Notes under the pieces: model-generated | What the model was told of the DNA's origin: nothing | Seen by the model: the letters and a program-made list of their open reading frames with translations, nothing else | Database searches by the model: none | Shown here: positions 56,579 to 64,000 of the stretch, in pieces | How the letters are laid out: each line of letters begins with the position of its first letter | Numbering within the stretch: the stretch's first letter is position 1 | Virus record (IMG/VR): IMGVR_UViG_3300019886_000004 | Coordinates: 1 to 64,000 of that record | DNA: 64,000 nucleotides | Reading direction: 5' to 3' (one strand) | Source: a virus | Translations under genes and position numbers: made by a program

Positions 56579-59118
56579 TGGCTACATACCAAGGTAATTA
56601 TGATGCTCAGTCATATCAAGTAAATCCCTATCAAGCTCCCGCACAGGAGATGGTTCAAGCTATACAAACTCGTCAAAATTATTGGGATAGTGCAGCAACT
56701 AGTGTAAAGAACGCATATCAAAATTATCTTAATCTTGACCTCACTCGTCAAGATAATCACGAACGCTTAAATCAGTTAATGACCGGTGTAAATCAGCAGT
56801 TAAAGCAAGTTACCCAGACTGATTTATCGTTAGGTGAAAATTATGGTAAAGCATTAAGTATATTTGATCCTATTATAAAAGATGATAATATAATGGGAGA
56901 TAATGCTATTACTCGTCATTATAAAGATCAGTTTCAAATAGCACAAGGATATAGAATAAAAGATAATGGTAAAGGTTATAGTGATACTAATGTAAGAGAT
57001 TTGGGTAACCACCTACAAGATTTTGCTGCAGATTCTAATGCGTCTAATTGGAGACAACATTATGGCTCACGTTCTTTTTATTCTCCATATGTAGATGTAG
57101 CAGCTGAAACTAGACTAATAGGAAAAGACTTTAAACCTGATGTTACTACACTCAGTGGTCCAATGAGTTTAGATAAGGATGGAAATCCTAACCCATACAT
57201 GATGACTAAGACGGATAAATCCATTATAGCTTCTCAATATAGAGCTTTTTTAGACGCTCATTTATCAGATAAAGCAAAAGATCAATTAGCAATAGATGGT
57301 CGTGTAAAATATCATGGTAATATAGGCGCATTAGCTCAGGATTACACCACTCATAATCAAGAGAAAATAAACTACTACACAAATGAAATTAAGTCTTTAA
57401 ATGGTCAGATAGCAGGTGCTACTGATGATAAGAAACAAGCTTATAGATCTCAGATAAATAACTATGATGCATTAGTAAAAGAACTTAATCTAGAAAATAC
57501 TAAAATGCATGCTGGTGATTTTTCTGGGATAACTCCTAATAAAGATCAGATAGCATCTAGTATATACACTAATAATTATACAGACTATGTAGCAAAATCT
57601 TCTGCACAGAAAAACATAGACATTAAATATACTCCTGATCAAGTATGGAAGACTATGTACTTGCAGGATAATGAAAATAAAAGATTCAATATAGCTAAGG
57701 ATACTCAATGGGAAATAGCTAAGTTAAACAATGAAACTAAATTAACTATAGCAGGATATAAATTTGGACCCAATGGTCAACTATTAACTGGTATAGCTGG
57801 ATATGGTACTTCTGATAAAAGTAGTGATGAAAACTTTGGTATTGATAAATTCAATGAATTAAAAGCAACCAGTGCCACAGATTTCTCTAAAGCTGTGGAT
57901 CAAATGAATAAAAAAGTTGCTTCTGATAAAGGTATAGATCCAATGGATGAAAAAGTACCAAAAGCAACAAGAGATTCGGCTGTTGCAGAGTGGATGGCTG
58001 ATCCCAGAAATAAAGCTGACGTGGCTCAGTATAATGCAGCAGCGGCAAAAAAAGGAGCAGAAGATCAAGCATATACTGCTATAAATGATTATATAAATGG
58101 TAGAATAAAAAAAGAAAGTCCAAATTTATATAACGGTAGAGAAGATGTTATAAATGGATTAACTCAAGGTGGAACTTTTAATTTAGTTCAAAAAACTTCT
58201 AATTACAGATCAATCACAGATAGATCAGGACCACAAACACCATTTTCTTTAACTGGTCAAGATATGCAGAAAATAATCAGAGGTACTCATCCTAGTATAA
58301 CATTATCTTCTGAAGAAGAAACTACAGGAGTTTCAGGTATTGGTGGTACACCTGTTACATCAAAAGTACCTGTTCTTAAATATAATGGGAAAAGTTATTA
58401 TTTGCCAGAACCTTTAAGTAAAACCATATATGCTGCTGGAATTGCAGATAAAAATTTTGAATCTAAAAGAAATGAATTACTTAATCAAAATATAAACAGA
58501 GTAATAGGTAAAGAAGCTTTATATCAAGATGACAAAAATCCTTATTATAAAGCGGCGCATAATATAACTGCCAGAATAGTAATGGGAAGTGATGAAAAGT
58601 TTAAACCTGATGATGTTGTCTTAACTGATAAGGATAAGTTTGGAAATGTTTATTTCAAAGTACAAACAGAGAAGAGTATTAAAGAGAATGAACTAAAAAC
58701 TAGAGTCGAAGCTGAAGGAGGTAGATATATAAAAGGAGAAGATAAATTTATGTTACCTGGAAATAGATATGGTAATCTAACTAATTCTCAAAGTTTTAGT
58801 GATCCTAAACTTGCCCCATTAAAGACATTGATAGATTTTAAATCTAGTGCTACTCCTAATGATAGATTCAATACAGCACCTCAGACATGGGGTAATAGAA
58901 ATTTTCAGTTTAAAGTAGATATGGAAAACGGACATCCTTCTTATAGAATAATCGATCCTTACACAGGAGCACAATTTGGACAAACAGATTTAGGTGAAGG
59001 TTTCTCAACACTTGAAGCAGCAGCAGCTAAAGCAACTTGGCTAGGATATTTAAATCCAGTTGACTATACAAATAAAGTAAAAACTATAGGTGGAGTTCCA
59101 GGATACCAACCAAAATAA
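56578..59118 (+). CDS. internal cargo/ejection protein
   Basis: 846 aa helical; precedes giant protein. Confidence 0.65.
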   Translation: MATYQGNYDAQSYQVNPYQAPAQEMVQAIQTRQNYWDSAATSVKNAYQNYLNLDLTRQDNHERLNQLMTGVNQQLKQVTQTDLSLGENYGKALSIFDPIIKDDNIMGDNAITRHYKDQFQIAQGYRIKDNGKGYSDTNVRDLGNHLQDFAADSNASNWRQHYGSRSFYSPYVDVAAETRLIGKDFKPDVTTLSGPMSLDKDGNPNPYMMTKTDKSIIASQYRAFLDAHLSDKAKDQLAIDGRVKYHGNIGALAQDYTTHNQEKINYYTNEIKSLNGQIAGATDDKKQAYRSQINNYDALVKELNLENTKMHAGDFSGITPNKDQIASSIYTNNYTDYVAKSSAQKNIDIKYTPDQVWKTMYLQDNENKRFNIAKDTQWEIAKLNNETKLTIAGYKFGPNGQLLTGIAGYGTSDKSSDENFGIDKFNELKATSATDFSKAVDQMNKKVASDKGIDPMDEKVPKATRDSAVAEWMADPRNKADVAQYNAAAAKKGAEDQAYTAINDYINGRIKKESPNLYNGREDVINGLTQGGTFNLVQKTSNYRSITDRSGPQTPFSLTGQDMQKIIRGTHPSITLSSEEETTGVSGIGGTPVTSKVPVLKYNGKSYYLPEPLSKTIYAAGIADKNFESKRNELLNQNINRVIGKEALYQDDKNPYYKAAHNITARIVMGSDEKFKPDDVVLTDKDKFGNVYFKVQTEKSIKENELKTRVEAEGGRYIKGEDKFMLPGNRYGNLTNSQSFSDPKLAPLKTLIDFKSSATPNDRFNTAPQTWGNRNFQFKVDMENGHPSYRIIDPYTGAQFGQTDLGEGFSTLEAAAAKATWLGYLNPVDYTNKVKTIGGVPGYQPK

Positions 59119-59124
59119 TTAACA

Positions 59125-62100
59125 ATGCCTACATCAGATAATTTTACCGGTATTAATGATACAAACATTCTCGCTGCCCAACAAGACAGCGATTCTCGTT
59201 TTAGTGATTTAATGCAAAATAATCCTAAGTCTTTTGTTGATCCAAATAATATTACTCAACCAGAAGCTCCTAAAGGACTTTATGGCACTGTTAATCCAGG
59301 AGAGAATATTAATATAGATAAAACATCTTATGCTTATAATGCTGCGGATTATAATAATAACACAACAAATCTAGCTAAAAAATATCCAGGATCAAACGGA
59401 CTTCCGGATATTTTACTTCCTCAATCTGAAACCAATAGATATACAGGTAATGACTTCGGTTTTAAGATAGATAGAAACAATGAATCTTTTTACGAGAAAC
59501 AACAAGGTTTTTGGAAAACATTAGGTAATGTAGGAGCTAATCTTATAGGTAAGACTGTTGCTTATGCTGCACAGAATGCTGGATTTATATTAGGTGCACC
59601 AGTTGCAGCAGGAACTATGGATATTAGTAATATGACTGACAACTTTTTAGTTCGCGCTGGAGATTGGTTAAAAGATAAAACAGCTGAAGATTTTCCAATA
59701 TATAAGAGCGATAAATATACTCAAGGTAATATCTGGGAAAAGTTAGGTACTATTGGGTGGTGGGCAGATGATGCTGCAGATCGTGTTGCACTTACAGCAG
59801 CTATGTTTTTACCTGGATTTGCAGAAGCTAAAGGTCTTGGATTATTTGGTACTACTTTAGATACAGCGGGTAATTTAAGAGCTACAGGAATAGCTACAAA
59901 AGCCATTCAAAATTTAGCCGCAGATCCTGAAAATTATGGACAATTAGGTAAACTATTTTTATCTAAATTATATAAAGCTGCAGCAGAAGGCGTAGCAGAT
60001 ACAGGTACTCAACCTGCGTTAAGAGCATATGCACAGAACTTAAGTCGTGCAGAATTATTCGGTTGGAATATAATAGGTCAGAGTGGTTTAAATGCTAAGG
60101 AGACTCAAGAAGCTATAATGAAAGCTACTGGAGATAAAGATAAAGCAGCTAATGGAGCAATGAAAAGTTTCTGGGAAACGGTTCCTTTAGCTCTTGCAGG
60201 ATCTCTTGTGGAAATACCACAAATGTTTAGTACTAGAAATACTGCTAAATCCATTTTAAATAAAGTATTTAATAAAGAAACCGGAGAGACATTAGAAGAA
60301 GGACTTGCTTTAAAAGGACCATCTATAGGTAAAACTTTACTTAAAGCAATAGGAACTGGTTTTGAACATGGTCAGAATGAAAGTATGCAGGTAGCTGTTT
60401 CTAGATATAACGAAGAAAGTGCAGAAGGTAAAGACAAAAGAGGAACTCTACAAGGAATATTTGGAGACTTTATGGATAATATTCATGATCCCAATGGTCA
60501 GAATAATATTGCTCTTGGTACCATACAAGGTATTTTAATGACACTTGGTGGAAGAGGTTTTGATAAATTTGTTACTCATCAAACAGAGAATGAAGGTAAA
60601 CAAGCTTTAGCTGTATTTAATAGTATTAATGAAGCTAGACTCGCTAGAAGAATATATGGAGCGGATTTTAATCAAAGAGACGAGAACGGTAATATAGTTG
60701 TAGACGCTCAAGGTAAGCCTGTAAAAGATCAACAGAAAATAGCTGATGCTGGACTCTCTTTAGCTGGATCACAAAATGCAGTAGAACTAAAACAAAAAGC
60801 TTTAGAACAAGGTAACTATACAGGAGCAGCATTTGTTGATCATAAAATGTTATCTTCTTTTGCTTATAATTTCTTTGCAGACGCAAATGGTATGGAACAT
60901 CTAAGTAACATACTTAAATTAGAAGCAAAAACTAATGATAAGAATCCAGATAGAATTAATGATGTAGATGAAAATGGAAATGAAATAACTCCACAGGTTC
61001 AATTACAAAGAAACCTAAATACTATAAACGAACTCAGAAAAGTTTATAATGCTATAGATCAGCGTCATGCTGGTTTTATGAATCTTGATATTGATAAGAA
61101 AAACAAAGATGAAGTAAAGCAAGCCACAGCTTTCATAGATAAACTTAAATTTGATCAATATAATGAGGCATCCAAACAAATCTTTTTTAAAAATCAAATA
61201 GAAAAGAACAATCGTGAGATAGCTTCTTTAGGAGTAGATACTCTTGATGATAGTAACCATTTCAAAGATCCTTCCAATCCAATGGAGGAGAAGTTTAACG
61301 AGTTACATGTAATGAATGGTGCACTAAATGAAATCTTAGATGAATCAAAAGAAAAGTATAAAAACTTAGTAAATAAGAAATTACAAAAAGAAGCTTTTAA
61401 AATAGATAAAGCTTTTAATGAACAAGTAGAAGAAAAAGCAAACTCTCAACCTAAACAAGAAAACGTTGAAACTACCCCAGAGCAGCAGCCAACAGTGGTC
61501 AATAATCCAACATCGCAGAACCAAACTCAAACACCAGAGACCGCGCAACAGACAACTCCACTACAAACAGAAGGCACATCCACGCCAGAAGTAGCTAAAT
61601 CTATTCCAGCAGGACAAGCTTTATTAAATAAAAGAAATGAAGATTTAGCGAAAGCTACAACTCAAGAAGAGAAAGATGCTATACAACAGCAGTATGTGAA
61701 AGATTCATTAGATATTGCTGATAAAAAGAAACAACAAGAAAAGAAACCAGGTAAAAGTGTAGTTGATATAAAAGAAATGATACCTGATACTAAGACAATT
61801 CATAAAGATGAATTGGCTAAGTTAAATAGTATTATTAATGAAGAAGCAAGAAATGGTAATATAACTCCAGAACAAGAGCAACAATTGCTCGATACTTTAG
61901 ATAAGAAAAAAGTAGTAGGTACTATATTTGATACAGAAGATTTAGAAGATGAAACTCCTGAAACACAGGAAGAATCTGAACCTACTCAAGTAGAACCTAC
62001 TGACCAATCTATAGATAGTGGTTCTTCTACAGAAGATTCTGAGCAAGTTATACCTGAACAAGAATATGATCCTGAGACAGCTGATATTGATACTAGAGGA

Positions 62101-64000
62101 TTAGAAGATTCTGTATATTCTAGCCTTGCATTTGAAACTTCTAATAAAACTGTAACACAAGAAGAAGGTGTAGATAGCAGAGGTAGATTTAATAATACTT
62201 TAGATGAAGAACCTTACAAACAATTCATACAGGGGTACTTACGTTATTTAAATCAAAACGGTTTACCAGTTGATGGTTTACATGGAAAGATAATAAAAGA
62301 TAATGAAGCTTTACCTCATACTGAAGAAACTCAAGCAGCTATATTAACCAAAGGTTATGGTTCTGTATTAGTTATAACTGATATAGATCGTAATATTTTA
62401 CATTTCGATAAAAATTATACATCATCTCCGGATGAAAGAGAAGGAGCACAACCTATTGTATTTTCTTTTACTTCTCAGTATTTTGATGATTTAAAAAATG
62501 CTCGAGCTGCAGTAGGTCAGGAAAGAACTGGAATATCAGCTGATGATTTCTTAAAAAAATATCAAACAGAAAAAGAGCAACAAGATTTAGCTAGACAACT
62601 AAATTATAAAGGTAAAGAAATAAATGTAGAAGTAATTGGTATATCAAAAGGAGTAACAAGAAAATCTCAAGAACCTATCAGAGCTTCTGATGTTATTACT
62701 GAATCAATGAAACCATTACTTCATATACCTTCTAGTAGTGAAAGATTTGATCCAGCAAATCCTGAAGCTAGTAAATACGTATTGCACGGTAATCAAACAC
62801 TTATTAGTGGAGCTCTTTATGCTGAAACTGTTGATTCCAATACTAATATAGTATCTTATACTAGACTTATACCTAACTTAATTTCAGATATACCCGAACT
62901 ATTTGAAAATATAAAGTCTTTACTAAATAATAAATATACAAATAAAAATCAAGCTATAATTGCCAGGGATTATTTAAAAGAGTTATTATTTTTAGGTAGA
63001 CCAAAAAGACCTAATTTAACTATAACTGAGAATGAAGATGGATCAGAATATAATATTAGATTACTTCAAGATGACCAATTAATAGATCCAGAGGCAACTA
63101 TGACATTTATTACTCAACAGAGATTGAATATATCAAAGTCTAATATTGAAAATGATGAACATAATGAAGTAACATTAAAAGGTAATAATATAAAGATTGA
63201 AACGAAACCTAATTATAAAAATTACATACTACAAAATTCTACTACTGTAGATATACCAGTTCAAACTTCCGAGGGTTCTAAATTCATACCACTTAATACA
63301 TATGCAGCTTTCAACTTCTTAGATAGTGTTGATAGTATGAAAGCTAAATTAGCTGAACCTGAAAAAGAGTTTGCTGAAGAAAGTGGTACTAATTTTGATG
63401 AAAACAGTGTTGCTATATTTAGACACGGACAGAATAACGAAGATATAACTGGAAAGAATTCTGGAAAGAATGACATACCTCTAAATAAAAAGGGTAGGGA
63501 AGATGCAAGAGCTATTGGTGCTATAATGAAATCATTAAGTATTATTAAAATTATAACATCTAAAATTTTAAGAGCAATTGAAACAGCACAATTAGCTGGT
63601 AAAGTTATTGGTGCAAAATCTATTGAAACTAATGAACTATTAAATACGTGGGATATTGGAGACTTTACCAGTCTACCAGATGATCAATTTGATGAACGTT
63701 GGTTTGTACTTCATCCTGATGAATTAATTAAAGATGGTAAAAAACTAGGTGAGTCTTTCAATACTTTTTTATCTAGAGCACAAAAGGGATATAAGTTTAT
63801 AGAAGGACTAGATAAAGAAACAGCTATTGTATCTCACTCGCGCAATATACGAGCATGGACAGCAATCAAAGAAAATAATGGTTTCTGGAATGAAAATGCA
63901 CTTGAAACTTTTTTAAATAAGAAAACTTCATTAGATTCTACTTCTATACAAAGACAGGAAACAGTTAGAGATAACTCCACTTTAACCAAGCAACCTTTAA
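59125..64000 (+). CDS. giant virion/ejection protein (candidate virion RNA polymerase-associated polyprotein), truncated
   Basis: Absent from ORF track, consistent with no stop before the window end; ATG 59125, >1600 aa; hydrophobic Gly/Ala helices near N-terminus; in-frame histidine phosphatase domain at 63409-63860. Confidence 0.75.
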   Translation, partial: MPTSDNFTGINDTNILAAQQDSDSRFSDLMQNNPKSFVDPNNITQPEAPKGLYGTVNPGENINIDKTSYAYNAADYNNNTTNLAKKYPGSNGLPDILLPQSETNRYTGNDFGFKIDRNNESFYEKQQGFWKTLGNVGANLIGKTVAYAAQNAGFILGAPVAAGTMDISNMTDNFLVRAGDWLKDKTAEDFPIYKSDKYTQGNIWEKLGTIGWWADDAADRVALTAAMFLPGFAEAKGLGLFGTTLDTAGNLRATGIATKAIQNLAADPENYGQLGKLFLSKLYKAAAEGVADTGTQPALRAYAQNLSRAELFGWNIIGQSGLNAKETQEAIMKATGDKDKAANGAMKSFWETVPLALAGSLVEIPQMFSTRNTAKSILNKVFNKETGETLEEGLALKGPSIGKTLLKAIGTGFEHGQNESMQVAVSRYNEESAEGKDKRGTLQGIFGDFMDNIHDPNGQNNIALGTIQGILMTLGGRGFDKFVTHQTENEGKQALAVFNSINEARLARRIYGADFNQRDENGNIVVDAQGKPVKDQQKIADAGLSLAGSQNAVELKQKALEQGNYTGAAFVDHKMLSSFAYNFFADANGMEHLSNILKLEAKTNDKNPDRINDVDENGNEITPQVQLQRNLNTINELRKVYNAIDQRHAGFMNLDIDKKNKDEVKQATAFIDKLKFDQYNEASKQIFFKNQIEKNNREIASLGVDTLDDSNHFKDPSNPMEEKFNELHVMNGALNEILDESKEKYKNLVNKKLQKEAFKIDKAFNEQVEEKANSQPKQENVETTPEQQPTVVNNPTSQNQTQTPETAQQTTPLQTEGTSTPEVAKSIPAGQALLNKRNEDLAKATTQEEKDAIQQQYVKDSLDIADKKKQQEKKPGKSVVDIKEMIPDTKTIHKDELAKLNSIINEEARNGNITPEQEQQLLDTLDKKKVVGTIFDTEDLEDETPETQEESEPTQVEPTDQSIDSGSSTEDSEQVIPEQEYDPETADIDTRGLEDSVYSSLAFETSNKTVTQEEGVDSRGRFNNTLDEEPYKQFIQGYLRYLNQNGLPVDGLHGKIIKDNEALPHTEETQAAILTKGYGSVLVITDIDRNILHFDKNYTSSPDEREGAQPIVFSFTSQYFDDLKNARAAVGQERTGISADDFLKKYQTEKEQQDLARQLNYKGKEINVEVIGISKGVTRKSQEPIRASDVITESMKPLLHIPSSSERFDPANPEASKYVLHGNQTLISGALYAETVDSNTNIVSYTRLIPNLISDIPELFENIKSLLNNKYTNKNQAIIARDYLKELLFLGRPKRPNLTITENEDGSEYNIRLLQDDQLIDPEATMTFITQQRLNISKSNIENDEHNEVTLKGNNIKIETKPNYKNYILQNSTTVDIPVQTSEGSKFIPLNTYAAFNFLDSVDSMKAKLAEPEKEFAEESGTNFDENSVAIFRHGQNNEDITGKNSGKNDIPLNKKGREDARAIGAIMKSLSIIKIITSKILRAIETAQLAGKVIGAKSIETNELLNTWDIGDFTSLPDDQFDERWFVLHPDELIKDGKKLGESFNTFLSRAQKGYKFIEGLDKETAIVSHSRNIRAWTAIKENNGFWNENALETFLNKKTSLDSTSIQRQETVRDNSTLTKQPL

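Noticed and set aside
18800-63476. Minus-strand and nested short ORFs in the right arm (e.g. 31321, 32155, 32826, 35366, 44659, 63261)
   Set aside because: Shadows of long plus-strand genes with no motifs or leaders
1-64000. Stop-codon reassignment (TAG/TGA) as in some crAss-like phages
   Set aside because: Long late genes are intact in the standard code, and TAG/TGA end genes at sensible boundaries
59125-64000. Definite RNA polymerase call
   Set aside because: No catalytic DxDxD motif recognised in the visible part; the assignment rests on synteny only
1-64000. tRNA, tmRNA or rRNA genes
   Set aside because: No cloverleaf with T-loop consensus found by eye

Overview
This window is a 64-kb, AT-rich segment of a large lytic tailed phage, most consistent with a crAss-like (Crassvirales-type) phage of a Bacteroidota host. 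Support comes from the Bacteroidota TTTG-N20-TAnnTTTG promoters, A-rich translation starts without Shine-Dalgarno sites, and the crAss-type gene order. Bases 1-14.35 kb are a minus-strand array of small accessory or early genes: two ECF-like sigma factors, a peptide deformylase, a YspA/SLOG protein, a DsbD-N domain, an HNH nuclease, and Sm-like proteins coupled to dipeptide-repeat peptides, with structured non-coding segments between them. A divergent junction lies at about 14.4 kb. The plus strand then carries a structured leader/ncRNA, a ThyX-methyltransferase-glycosyltransferase-pyruvyltransferase cluster, terminase, portal, scaffold-like protein, major capsid, ring/hub/fibre genes, muzzle, and large internal cargo proteins. 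The last of these is a giant ORF truncated by the window end. The standard genetic code fits throughout, and I saw no tRNA, CRISPR array, integrase or replication module. All family assignments come from reading motifs by eye, not from database searches.
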